Origin: a virus | Lineage: Duplodnaviria; Caudoviricetes | Length of the DNA: 44,167 bases | Virus record (IMG/VR): IMGVR_UViG_3300037423_000772 | Span: 1 to 44,167 of that record | Strand: one strand, 5' to 3' | Shown here: one piece after another, positions 1 through 8,262 of the stretch | Numbering within the stretch: position 1 is the first letter of the stretch | Layout of the letters: each line of letters opens with the position of its first letter | Notes under the pieces: model-generated | Seen by the model: only the letters and a program-made list of their open reading frames with translations | Database searches by the model: none | What the model was told of the DNA's origin: nothing | Position numbers and translations under genes: made by a program

Positions 1-69
1 CATACTCGCCGAGGCGGTGAGGGTGCTAGACGTTGACGAGACCGTCAACGGCAAATATCCCCCGCTAAA
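1..69. repeat. Terminal direct repeat (circularisation overlap), left copy
   Basis: 1-69 is identical to 44099-44167, and the cI reading frame continues across the junction. Confidence 0.97.
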
Positions 70-202
70 ACACGCCGAATTGCTACTTGAGGTCTGTGAC
101 CGCCTGGCAGCCGGCGAGGACGCAATCGAGCTGATTGCGCAGATCACCAAGCAACGCACGGGGGAGACAAATGGAACAAGCAAGACCGGAGCAAGACGCT
201 AG
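2..202 (+). CDS. cI: CI-like repressor, 3' part (helical C-terminus, no visible S24 peptidase)
   Basis: Position 2 equals 44100, which is in frame with the ATG at 43800; stop at 200-202. Confidence 0.8.
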   Translation: MLAEAVRVLDVDETVNGKYPPLKHAELLLEVCDRLAAGEDAIELIAQITKQRTGETNGTSKTGARR

Positions 203-353
203 CAACGTCGTCCCGCTTCAGTTGGCACCGCGCTCGAAAGGGGTGCCCCCGCTGACCGACAAGGAGGTCATGCAACTGCGTGAGCTGTTGAAGAAGGTCG
301 ATGCGATCGTGTCCACCTGCCCTGTTGCCCAGCGCGCACTCTCCACCCGATAG
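171..353 (+). CDS. Small hypothetical protein co-transcribed with cI
   Basis: GGGGAG RBS before ATG 171; overlaps the cI end and is followed by a terminator. Confidence 0.6.
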   Translation: MEQARPEQDASNVVPLQLAPRSKGVPPLTDKEVMQLRELLKKVDAIVSTCPVAQRALSTR

Positions 354-379
354 CGACCTCTCCCGAGCTAAGGTTCCCC

Positions 380-402
380 AAGCCGCCGAAAGGCGGCTTT
401 TT
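380..402 (+). terminator. Intrinsic terminator of the cI operon
   Basis: AAGCCGCC-GAAA-GGCGGCTT hairpin with T tract. Confidence 0.85.
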
Positions 403-432
403 CGTGCCCATGTGAAAGCGGCCGATCTGACT

Positions 433-487
433 TGCCGACGAACGGTCATACTTAAGGCTTGACTTTGGTCTGACCGTTTGTAAGACT
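433..487 (+). promoter_or_regulatory. PL/OL-like early promoter with two 19-bp operators (433-451, 468-486)
   Basis: TTGACT at 459-464, 17-bp spacer, AAGACT. Operators resemble GTCTTAC-N5-GTAAGAC, as in the cI-cro intergenic region. Confidence 0.7.
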
Positions 488-527
488 AACCCATCGCCAG
501 CAACCCTGCTGGCAGGGAGCCAAGTCG

Positions 528-716
528 ATGCCCGCCATCGCCTACCACTCGCCGGTCCAGCTCGTCGCGCAGCTCATCACGCGCGCCCACCACGCCGAGC
601 GCATCCCGACCAAGCCGCTGGACCGCAAGGACTACGACGCGCGCATCCGCGAGAGCGAGGACGCGATCAAGCACTGCCTGTTCCCGCTGACGTATGCGGT
701 GGGGACTGAACTATGA
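528..716 (+). CDS. Hypothetical protein, first gene of the early + strand operon
   Basis: GGGAG RBS; ATGA coupling to the next gene. Confidence 0.6.
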   Translation: MPAIAYHSPVQLVAQLITRAHHAERIPTKPLDRKDYDARIRESEDAIKHCLFPLTYAVGTEL

Positions 717-949
717 GCGCGCAGCCGGTGGACGTGCTGGCGGTGCTGCGCGAGGTGGGAAACGTCGCCTATCAAAACGCCGGCGGGGATTCGCGCGATC
801 CGGCCGTGGTCGCGGTGACGGAAGCCCGCGCCGCCGTGGCCGAGCTGATCGAGGCCGCACAAGGCGTCGCCGACAACATCGTGCTGCGCGAGACGAGCCA
901 CGGTCGCGCCATCCGCGCCGCCCTCGCCCGCTGCGGAGCCACCCCATGA
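713..949 (+). CDS. Hypothetical protein
   Basis: ATGA-coupled at both ends. Confidence 0.65.
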   Translation: MSAQPVDVLAVLREVGNVAYQNAGGDSRDPAVVAVTEARAAVAELIEAAQGVADNIVLRETSHGRAIRAALARCGATP

Positions 950-1164
950 CCAACTTCCAACCCATCGGCCTGCGCGCCGAAGCGCCTGCGGACGAGCCCG
1001 AGCTGCCGTGCCAGCAGGAATGGCTGGACCGGATGAGCGACCGCGAGTTCGGCGCACTGCTGCGCGAATACGTCGGCTGGTCGGAATGCCAAGCGTTGAC
1101 GGATGCCGTGATGGAGGCCACGCGGCCGGATTTTGAACGGGCAATGCGCCGGAGGATCGCATGA
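946..1164 (+). CDS. Hypothetical protein (MTNFQPIG...)
   Basis: GGAG RBS and ATGA overlaps; 3' part of ORF 694..1164. Confidence 0.6.
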   Translation: MTNFQPIGLRAEAPADEPELPCQQEWLDRMSDREFGALLREYVGWSECQALTDAVMEATRPDFERAMRRRIA

Positions 1165-1379
1165 ATACCGAATACGTCTACGCACGGGCCGAACAGTTCC
1201 GTTGCGAGGCCCGCAGCCTGTACGCCAAGGCAGACGCCGTGCTGCACGACGACACGCTTTCGCTTCCGTGCCGCGAACGGCTGGCGGCCAGCTTCAAGAC
1301 GCAGGCCAGCCTGTCCTACGACCAGGCGACCGAAATGGACAACGAGGCCCGGCGCATCTGGCGCGGGGAGGCGGCATGA
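1161..1379 (+). CDS. Hypothetical protein
   Basis: GGAGG RBS and ATGA overlaps. Confidence 0.65.
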   Translation: MNTEYVYARAEQFRCEARSLYAKADAVLHDDTLSLPCRERLAASFKTQASLSYDQATEMDNEARRIWRGEAA

Positions 1380-1474
1380 GCATCCGCGTGCGCCTCGGCG
1401 AAGCCGCCGTCTTCGTGGTCGGCCTGCTGTTCTGGGGGCTGTTCCTCTACTGCCTGATGCGGAGCCAGCCATGA
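1376..1474 (+). CDS. Small single-TM membrane peptide (MSIRVRLGEAAVFVVGLLFWGLFLY...)
   Basis: GGAGG RBS, ATGA overlap, hydrophobic stretch. Confidence 0.5.
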   Translation: MSIRVRLGEAAVFVVGLLFWGLFLYCLMRSQP

Positions 1475-1568
1475 GCTTCGACGACTTCTTCTGGCTGGCG
1501 ATGGGGCTGCTCGGCGGCGCCACGCTCACCTTCATCGTGTTGCTGCTGACTGACAAGGAGATTCATCC

Positions 1569-1760
1569 GTGACGCATACCCTCGAATCCGTGCTTGCGAT
1601 GCTGACGACCGATCGCAAGTGGCCGATGCTCTCCGCGCCGATTGACCCACTGGAGAACTTCAATCTCGCCAAAGAGCAGTCGGCACAGACGAAAGACGGC
1701 GTGGTGCCGGACTTCCAGGATCTCGCGCGGCGCGTGTGTGCGGCGAGGGAGATTGCGTGA
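1569..1760 (+). CDS. Hypothetical protein
   Basis: AAGGAG RBS before GTG. Confidence 0.55.
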   Translation: MTHTLESVLAMLTTDRKWPMLSAPIDPLENFNLAKEQSAQTKDGVVPDFQDLARRVCAAREIA

Positions 1761-1952
1761 ACCGAATCGTTGAGGCCGGGAGCAACACGGGGCGCTGCCT
1801 GCTCCGGAATGGCGCGGAACATTCGGGAAACCGACCGCTCGGCAAACCGTGCCCGGCCTCAGCGTCCTACACCCCCGAAGAAGCCCGCTACGCCGAGCAG
1901 TACGCGAAGGATGCGTGCGCGGATGCGGCCCCTGACCTTACCGGAGAGCGAC

Positions 1953-2516
1953 GTGCTTACCAGTGAATCCATTGCGTGCTTCATGCCCGCCTTCCTGAAG
2001 GCGCAGGCGGCATTCAAGCCGGCCATCAAGGATGCGACCAACCCGCACTTCAAGTCCAAGTACGTGGCGCTGGATGGCGTGCTGGATGCGGTCGCCGAGC
2101 CGTTGCGAAAGAACGGCATTGCCATCGTGCAGCAGACCGACATCGAGGACGCGCAGACGGTCCTGATTACCCGCCTCATCCACGAGTCGGGCGAATGGAT
2201 CGCTGGCCGCTATCCCGTGCATCCGGTCAAGGCCGACCCGCAAGGCGAAGGTTCCGCGCTGACCTATGCGCGCCGCTATGCCCTGATGGCGCTGGTCGGG
2301 ATCGCGCCCGAGGACGATGACGGGAACGCGGCCACGGCGGCAGCGAACAAGCCCGTCAATGCCGACCAGGTGGCGACGCTGCGCGACTGGATTACGGAGA
2401 CAAACAGCGACGAGGCGAAGTTCTGCAAGGCGTTCGGCATCGCCAAGGTGGAGGAATTGCCCGCCGCCAAGTTCGACGCCGCCATCGCCGCGTTCAAGCG
2501 GAAGCAGGCCGCGTGA
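1953..2516 (+). CDS. erf: ERF-family single-strand annealing recombinase
   Basis: KDATNPHFKSKY and GSALTYARRYAL...GIAPEDDDG motifs; probable GTG start at 1953 after GGAGAG. Confidence 0.9.
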   Translation: MLTSESIACFMPAFLKAQAAFKPAIKDATNPHFKSKYVALDGVLDAVAEPLRKNGIAIVQQTDIEDAQTVLITRLIHESGEWIAGRYPVHPVKADPQGEGSALTYARRYALMALVGIAPEDDDGNAATAAANKPVNADQVATLRDWITETNSDEAKFCKAFGIAKVEELPAAKFDAAIAAFKRKQAA

Positions 2517-3112
2517 TCCAAGGATCGCCCGAATGGCTGGCGGTCAAGGCCGGGAAGATCAGCGGCAGCCGGTTTGCGGACGTGATGGCGCTGAACAAGC
2601 GCACCGGCCTTCCGAACAAGCCGCGCCGCGACCTGACCGCCAACCTGCGCCGCGAGCGGGAAACCGGCGTGCTGACGCCCGTGGAGGTCAACGAGTTCAT
2701 GGCCCACGGAACGCGCTGCGAACCGATTGCCTGCGCGCTTTTTGAGTTCCTGCATGGCGTGGAGGTCGCGCACGCCGCCTGGATTCCGCATCCCGCGCTG
2801 GAGTACGTCGGGTTTTCGCCGGACGGGCTGATCGGCGAGGAGGGGCTGCTAGAGATCAAGTCGCCCTATCTGGAGGCGCGGCACGCGCGGACGGTCGAGT
2901 CGCAGCGATGCCCGGACGACTACTACCCGCAATGCCAAGGCGGGTTGTGGGTGACGGGCCGGCAGTGGGTCAAGTTCGCCAGCTTCTACGAGCCGACACA
3001 TGACCTCGCGGTGGTTCACGTCCCCCGCGACGAGCAATTCATCAACCGACTGGCGGCCGAGTGCGCGGCTGTTTGGGCGGAAGTCCTTACCGCACAGGAG
3101 ATCGCAGCATGA
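2513..3112 (+). CDS. YqaJ/lambda-exonuclease family recombination nuclease
   Basis: QGSPEW, HGTRCE, SPDG, LEIKSP and YYPQCQ motifs; adjacent to ERF. Confidence 0.9.
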   Translation: MIQGSPEWLAVKAGKISGSRFADVMALNKRTGLPNKPRRDLTANLRRERETGVLTPVEVNEFMAHGTRCEPIACALFEFLHGVEVAHAAWIPHPALEYVGFSPDGLIGEEGLLEIKSPYLEARHARTVESQRCPDDYYPQCQGGLWVTGRQWVKFASFYEPTHDLAVVHVPRDEQFINRLAAECAAVWAEVLTAQEIAA

Positions 3113-3360
3113 GCAACGACGACAAGATCCGCACCGGCCTGTGGAAGAACGAGGAAGGCAAGCCGGCCGGCTACAGCGGCAATGTGGAGATCGGCGGCCA
3201 GGAATACTTCGTCAACCTCTACAAGAACGAGCGCAAGGAAACCGACCGCCACCCGGACCTGAACTTGGTGCTGAAGCCCAAGACGGGCGGGCGGAGTGCG
3301 ACTCCTGCGAAAGCGGCGGCGTCGTTTGCGGATGACGACCCGGACTCAATTCCGTTCTAA
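3109..3360 (+). CDS. Probable ssDNA-binding protein
   Basis: Short beta-rich domain with an acidic SSB-type tail DDDPDSIPF; follows ERF and the exonuclease. Confidence 0.65.
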   Translation: MSNDDKIRTGLWKNEEGKPAGYSGNVEIGGQEYFVNLYKNERKETDRHPDLNLVLKPKTGGRSATPAKAAASFADDDPDSIPF

Positions 3361-3370
3361 CCCAAGCCGC

Positions 3371-3387
3371 CTAAAGGAACGCACATG
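3371..3387 (+). repeat. 17-bp direct repeat CTAAAGGAACGCACATG (RBS plus start), copy 1
   Basis: Exact copy at 3873-3889. Confidence 0.9.
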
Positions 3388-3627
3388 TCCAGTAGTGGAC
3401 TGGAGATTTTCGCCGCGGCGCTTCTGCTGACCGGCTGCCGTGCGCCAGAACAGCCAACGCCCTCAGCCGTGCTGGTCTGCACGGCCAATGGGCAGCAGAC
3501 CTATCGCAGCCAGCCGGCGAAGTATTGGACCACAACCGATGGCGGCGCTTGGTACGACTGGAACAGCCAAATGTACCGGCAGAGCGCGTGGGAAAGCTGC
3601 CACACCGAACCCGCCACAACCTTATAG
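3385..3627 (+). CDS. Small lipoprotein
   Basis: Hydrophobic signal, lipobox LLTGC, two further Cys. Confidence 0.7.
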   Translation: MSSSGLEIFAAALLLTGCRAPEQPTPSAVLVCTANGQQTYRSQPAKYWTTTDGGAWYDWNSQMYRQSAWESCHTEPATTL

Positions 3628-3635
3628 AGGCCCGC

Positions 3636-3872
3636 ATGTACAGCAACGAATGGAAAAGCACTTCCGAGCAACTTCCCGAAATTGGCCGTCCCGTGTGGTT
3701 GGCAAACGAAACCCAGGCATGGATCGGCTGGCGGGTTGCAGTTCCCGATGGAGACGACCAACAGTCGGATTGGGCGTGGAGCGAAGCGGCATACCCGCAG
3801 GACTTCGACGCTTCTGAGTGTCGCGTTATCCGCTGGTGTCCGATCAACCAACCGCCCGCCCTCGCGCCCTAA
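3636..3872 (+). CDS. DUF551-like phage protein
   Basis: W-x-S-x-SEQLP at the N-terminus and VIRWCPINQPP at the C-terminus. Confidence 0.6.
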   Translation: MYSNEWKSTSEQLPEIGRPVWLANETQAWIGWRVAVPDGDDQQSDWAWSEAAYPQDFDASECRVIRWCPINQPPALAP

Positions 3873-3889
3873 CTAAAGGAACGCACATG
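3873..3889 (+). repeat. 17-bp direct repeat CTAAAGGAACGCACATG, copy 2
   Basis: Exact copy of 3371-3387. Confidence 0.9.
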
Positions 3890-4162
3890 GAGCGCAATGA
3901 GACGAAGCACACGCCGGGGCCTTGGTGCCTGCAACGGACGCCTAACGACCTTGATTGCTCGCACGATGTAGCACCGGTAGGCGGCGACTCAATCTGCTCC
4001 GTCTATCGCGGGCACGAGGCAGACGCCCGCCTAATCGCCGCCGCGCCGACTCTGTTGGAGGTATTGCAGGACGCGGGCCGGGCGCTCGCTGCTGACACGT
4101 CGGAATCGAGCCTAGCGCAACGCATCCGCGCCGCCATCGCCCTCGCCACCGGAGCCCACTGA
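3887..4162 (+). CDS. Conserved phage hypothetical protein (KHTPGPW...ADARLIAAAP family)
   Basis: Recognisable motifs and a strong RBS. Confidence 0.75.
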   Translation: MERNETKHTPGPWCLQRTPNDLDCSHDVAPVGGDSICSVYRGHEADARLIAAAPTLLEVLQDAGRALAADTSESSLAQRIRAAIALATGAH

Positions 4163-4398
4163 TGGAGCGCAAGAGTGAGGACCAGGCGGCCCACGTCGCT
4201 GTATTGGAGGCGATGCTGGCATGGACCGAGCGCGAGTTGGCGAACCGCAGCGCGACAGCGGAGCAGATCACCAACACCCGCGCCGAAGTCGAAGCCCTCA
4301 CCGCCGCGATCGAGCTGATGAAGAAGCAAGGGAAGGCAGCGACGGACGACCGACAGACGCAGGAAGAAGCGGCCCGTCAGGGCTACCGATTCCCATGA
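4162..4398 (+). CDS. Hypothetical coiled-coil protein
   Basis: TGATG coupling, GGAG RBS. Confidence 0.6.
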   Translation: MERKSEDQAAHVAVLEAMLAWTERELANRSATAEQITNTRAEVEALTAAIELMKKQGKAATDDRQTQEEAARQGYRFP

Positions 4399-5327
4399 GA
4401 GGCAAGCCGATGAGCAGGGAACACGTCACGTTGCCGCGCGAGGAAGTTGAGCGCGTCATCAAGGTGCTGCGCTATGCCGCACACCCGCAGCGGTCACCGC
4501 ACGCTGACGCGCTCGAAGCCGCCCTCACCGCCAGCCCGCAGGCCGCGCCGGAGGGGGAGCCGCCGACACGCGGAGTACCCCGCTCAACGATTGGCCCGGC
4601 GCTGGATGAAGCCGATGCGGCGTTTGCCGATTGGCTTGCCCACGAAATGCCGCCGGGCACCATTGTCAGCGACGCGCGTTGGTGGGCGCCGCGCATCCTT
4701 CGCGCGATTCGGCGCCTTGCCAGCCCGCAGGTGCAGGGCGGGGAGGCGGTGCCGACTGGCTGGTATCTGCGTACTGGGCACGGAGACAGCATCCACTTCG
4801 GCCCCAAGCCGCCAGCATGCTTGATGCCGGAAGCGTGGCGACCTTTCTACGCCACCCCGCAGCGCGCGCCGGGGGTGGATAGCCCCATTGCCGACATTGC
4901 GGTGGTGAATCGCGTCGTCGCCGCGCTCGAGCGCGATGCTGCGAACAGTCGTGGCGGTCTTGCCTACCTTCAAACGGCTGCCAACATCATTCGCAATCTG
5001 TCCGCCCTCGCAAGCGGCCCGAGCGGGGTGGATGGCTACTACCTCGCTTGCTTCAATCATGGCCGGCCGAACGGCCTCATCCAGTGGTGGATGCCGAACA
5101 ACGCGGGCTACACGCCGGACTTGGCGCAAGCGGGTATCTACACCGACCTGACGCCCGGCTATCACGACAGCGAGGACACGGTGCCGGTGCCGGTCGAGTT
5201 CATCTACAGGCTTCGCGTGCGCCGCGTGGTAGACGTGGGCGACACGCTCAACGGCGCATTCCATAGCGCGAAGGCGTTGCGCGCAGCGCTCGCAGTGGCC
5301 GCCGCGCAGGACCAGGGGGAAGGCTGA
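4395..5327 (+). CDS. Mosaic multi-module early protein (Ea22/Eaa-like architecture)
   Basis: Short modules separated by ASPQ/ATPQ/GVD linkers; start at 4395 or 4410. Confidence 0.6.
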   Translation: MRGKPMSREHVTLPREEVERVIKVLRYAAHPQRSPHADALEAALTASPQAAPEGEPPTRGVPRSTIGPALDEADAAFADWLAHEMPPGTIVSDARWWAPRILRAIRRLASPQVQGGEAVPTGWYLRTGHGDSIHFGPKPPACLMPEAWRPFYATPQRAPGVDSPIADIAVVNRVVAALERDAANSRGGLAYLQTAANIIRNLSALASGPSGVDGYYLACFNHGRPNGLIQWWMPNNAGYTPDLAQAGIYTDLTPGYHDSEDTVPVPVEFIYRLRVRRVVDVGDTLNGAFHSAKALRAALAVAAAQDQGEG

Positions 5328-5596
5328 TGGCGTTCCCGACTCCGAATATGGCGCGTGTCGCGAGTGCGCTGCTTCGCCCACACCGACCTCCCCGCGAGGT
5401 CTATCAAACCGCAGGACGCAACCGGGACGGCGGCAGCGGTCGCTACTGCGTGACGTACTGCGTCGACACCGAGGCCGAAGGCGTCGAACTCACCACGCAG
5501 GAGGTCGAGTGGATGGTGGCGCATCACTGGCTGCGCCGCGACCCAGAGTGTCACCACCTGCTCTATCTCGCAAAGGGAAAAGCACGCCATGACTGA
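5327..5596 (+). CDS. Hypothetical protein
   Basis: TGATG coupling. Confidence 0.55.
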   Translation: MAFPTPNMARVASALLRPHRPPREVYQTAGRNRDGGSGRYCVTYCVDTEAEGVELTTQEVEWMVAHHWLRRDPECHHLLYLAKGKARHD

Positions 5597-6152
5597 CACC
5601 CCCGCCGAAGTGGCCGAGGCGTTGGATTGGCTCGACCGAGAGGCTGCGACGTATCGCAGCAAGGGTGCCGCCTATTCCGCGAAGATGGCCGACACCATCC
5701 GCGCCCACATCGCCGACTTGGAACGTCAGCTTGCGGAGGCGCGGGAGTGGCGCTTTTGGGTCTGCGAGAAGATTGGGCTGTCGTGCGCAGCGGGAGCCGA
5801 ATGGACGACGGATGAAGTTGTCCTACACGTTGCTGACATCGAAACCCGCGCGTGCGAAGCCGCAGAATCCCAACTCGCGGAGGCGCAGTCGGCCTTGTCG
5901 CACCGCTGGGAATGCCAGCAGTCGCTAGAGCGAACCGTGCAAGAGCTTCGCACCCAGCTCGCGGCCCAGCGGGAGCGGGATGGGCGGGATGCGGCTAGAT
6001 ACAGACTTCTGCGTGAGGAAGGACGCGACTTGTCGGAGCTGTTGCACCTAGTAGTCGGAATCAATCCGGGCGGCCGGGGCACGTTCATCAGCGCGTTGCG
6101 TCACACGTCCTACCTCGACACCGCCATCGACGCCGCCCTTAAGGACCGCTAA
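5589..6152 (+). CDS. Coiled-coil hypothetical protein (Ead/Ea22-like C-terminus)
   Basis: RDAARYRLLR...LDTAIDAAL motif, common in early phage genes. Confidence 0.65.
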   Translation: MTDTPAEVAEALDWLDREAATYRSKGAAYSAKMADTIRAHIADLERQLAEAREWRFWVCEKIGLSCAAGAEWTTDEVVLHVADIETRACEAAESQLAEAQSALSHRWECQQSLERTVQELRTQLAAQRERDGRDAARYRLLREEGRDLSELLHLVVGINPGGRGTFISALRHTSYLDTAIDAALKDR

Positions 6153-6243
6153 TGAACCGCAAGATAGACGACGCCGCGCATTTGGCGCTCCTCATCCTCT
6201 GTCTCTGCTGCATCGCCTACGCCTCTTTTCTGTGGACCCGCCC

Positions 6244-6546
6244 ATGACCGACATCGAACGCCTGCGGGCTTTGCGTGACGACCTGATGGGCGGCCAGGCG
6301 ACCGTTGCCGCCATCGACATCGTGAAGCGACTCGACGCGACCCTGCCAAACCTCCTCGCCGATTACGAGCGGTTGCGGGGGATGGAGGAACGGGTGAAGT
6401 CGAGCCCGATAGGAAAAGTGCCGATCTACGAAATGGGAGTCTGGCTAGAGCGGGCCACTGTCTTTTTTGACATGGGCAGCGAGGTAAATGCAGACGCTCT
6501 AAGCGGCCAAACCGTCGCGCTGGTTCCCGTGCCTGGTGGGGAGTGA
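6244..6546 (+). CDS. Hypothetical protein
   Basis: ATGA-coupled to a 31-aa hydrophobic ORF at 6152-6247. Confidence 0.55.
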   Translation: MTDIERLRALRDDLMGGQATVAAIDIVKRLDATLPNLLADYERLRGMEERVKSSPIGKVPIYEMGVWLERATVFFDMGSEVNADALSGQTVALVPVPGGE

Positions 6547-6549
6547 GAT

Positions 6550-6759
6550 GTGAGCACGATTGCAGAGCACTTGGTTGCGCTGGAACTGTATGAGCAGCAG
6601 AAGGCATGGGATTGCCTGCTGATCGAGCGCGACATCTTCCTCCGGACGCACCTCGCAGAGCTGATCGCCATGTGTGATCCGGCAGAAATTCTGGCAGCAC
6701 GCGCCGCGCTAGCGGAGCGCATCAACCGCGCCCGCCCCACCCCGGAGGCGAAGTCGTGA
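6550..6759 (+). CDS. Hypothetical protein
   Basis: GGAG RBS; part of the tightly packed operon. Confidence 0.55.
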   Translation: MSTIAEHLVALELYEQQKAWDCLLIERDIFLRTHLAELIAMCDPAEILAARAALAERINRARPTPEAKS

Positions 6760-6992
6760 GCCCGCTCAAGATTTCAATCTTGCTGCACTACTATTGCTCA
6801 CCGTCAGATTTTCGCGATGGCAATTTCGACGCCCCTGCGGTACGCGAAGCCATCGACGAGTTTCTAACTGACGGCTTGCTTGAGCGCAGCGAAGAACTCG
6901 GCGTCAATTACCGAGCGACTGACGCCACCCGGGTCTTTGTAGAAGCCGTCTGCGCGCTACCAGCCCCGATGCTTCGCTGGGTTATGCCATGA
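6756..6992 (+). CDS. Hypothetical protein
   Basis: GGAGG RBS; GTGA and ATGA overlaps. Confidence 0.6.
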   Translation: MSPLKISILLHYYCSPSDFRDGNFDAPAVREAIDEFLTDGLLERSEELGVNYRATDATRVFVEAVCALPAPMLRWVMP

Positions 6993-7360
6993 GCGCTGCA
7001 GAACAACTCTGGCCCGAGGTCATGGACCTCAAGACGGCCGCCTCCTACCTGCGCGTGCATCCCGTCACCTTGCGCGAGTGGAAGCGCAAAAAGGAGGGGC
7101 CGCCCGGCCGCAAAATGGGTGGTTGCTGGCGGTTCCACAAACCCGCACTCGACGCTTATCTCGCAGGCAGCCCGAAGATCCCCGAATGGCCCGCACCCCG
7201 TACCGACTTGAGCCCCGCGGCAAGAAAGGCACCCTCTGGGTCCGCTTCACCGCGCCAGGCGGACGCCCGGTATTTAGAAGCTCTAGGACTACCGATCGCG
7301 CCCTTGCGTCCGAATGGGCGTCGAAGCTCCACGCCGAACACTACCGAGTCGCCCGACTAG
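6989..7360 (+). CDS. xis: Excisionase (HTH_17/MerR-like winged helix)
   Basis: MDLKTAASYLRVHPVTLREW...GRKMGGCWRFHKPALDAYL; directly upstream of and overlapping int. Confidence 0.85.
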   Translation: MSAAEQLWPEVMDLKTAASYLRVHPVTLREWKRKKEGPPGRKMGGCWRFHKPALDAYLAGSPKIPEWPAPRTDLSPAARKAPSGSASPRQADARYLEALGLPIAPLRPNGRRSSTPNTTESPD

Positions 7361-8262
7361 GCGAGAAGCCGCGCCGGCTATGGACAGAGGCGGTCGCGCA
7401 ATGGCTGGACGAACACCAGCACAAGCGCAGCCTGAAAAAGGATCTGCACAACCTACGCTGGCTGGACCCGCACTTCCGCGGGAAGTATCTGGACGAAATC
7501 GACAGCGACGCGCTCGCCGAAGTGGCAAAGCTCCGCAAGGCCGAGCCGCGCGACAAGCGCAAGAACGCGCACAGCAAGACGACGACGTCGCAATCGACCG
7601 TGGACAAGATGCTGGCGCTGATCCGCTCGATCCTGCGCGCCGCGCATGGCTGGGGCTGGCTCGACGCCCTGCCCACTATCAAGCTCTCTGCGCCGCCGCC
7701 GGAGGACGACTACCGCTGGCTCACGCAGAAGGAAGCGAAGGCCCTGCACGACGAGCTGGCCGAGCATCTGCGGGCGCCGTACCTGTTCGCCTTGGCGACG
7801 GGCTGGCGCGAGCAGAACGTGTTGCGGCTGGAATGGGCGCGTGTGGACTTGCAGCGGAAAGTGGTGTGGGTCGGGGGAGGTCAAACGAAGGGTAAGCGGG
7901 CCATCGGCGCACCGCTCAATCGGGACGCGCTTGCGATCCTCAAGGGACAGCAAGGCAAGCATGCGCGCTGGGTATTCCCCAGCGAGGACGGGAAGCCCTA
8001 CGTGCGCGCGAATAATCGCGGGTTCAAGGCGGCACAGCGGCGGGCGGGCATTGCGCCGCTGCGCTGGCACGACCTGCGGCACACCTGGGCGAGCTGGCAC
8101 GTCATGGCCGGCACCAGCCTGCGAAGCCTCATGGAGCTGGGCGGATGGCGTGCTTACAAGTCGGTGCTGCGCTACGCCCACCTGTCGCCCGAGCACCTCG
8201 CGCAGGACGCCGCGCGGGTCGAAGGACTTGCACGGAATTTGCACAAGCGGCGGACCCGGTGA
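7186..8262 (+). CDS. int: Tyrosine recombinase/integrase
   Basis: TGWR, HDLRH, LGGW and RYAH catalytic motifs; adjacent to attP. Confidence 0.95.
   Translation: MARTPYRLEPRGKKGTLWVRFTAPGGRPVFRSSRTTDRALASEWASKLHAEHYRVARLGEKPRRLWTEAVAQWLDEHQHKRSLKKDLHNLRWLDPHFRGKYLDEIDSDALAEVAKLRKAEPRDKRKNAHSKTTTSQSTVDKMLALIRSILRAAHGWGWLDALPTIKLSAPPPEDDYRWLTQKEAKALHDELAEHLRAPYLFALATGWREQNVLRLEWARVDLQRKVVWVGGGQTKGKRAIGAPLNRDALAILKGQQGKHARWVFPSEDGKPYVRANNRGFKAAQRRAGIAPLRWHDLRHTWASWHVMAGTSLRSLMELGGWRAYKSVLRYAHLSPEHLAQDAARVEGLARNLHKRRTR

Noticed and set aside
1-69. Biological terminal repeat of the virion DNA
   Set aside because: It falls mid-gene in cI, far from the terminase genes, and is most simply an assembly overlap of a circular contig.
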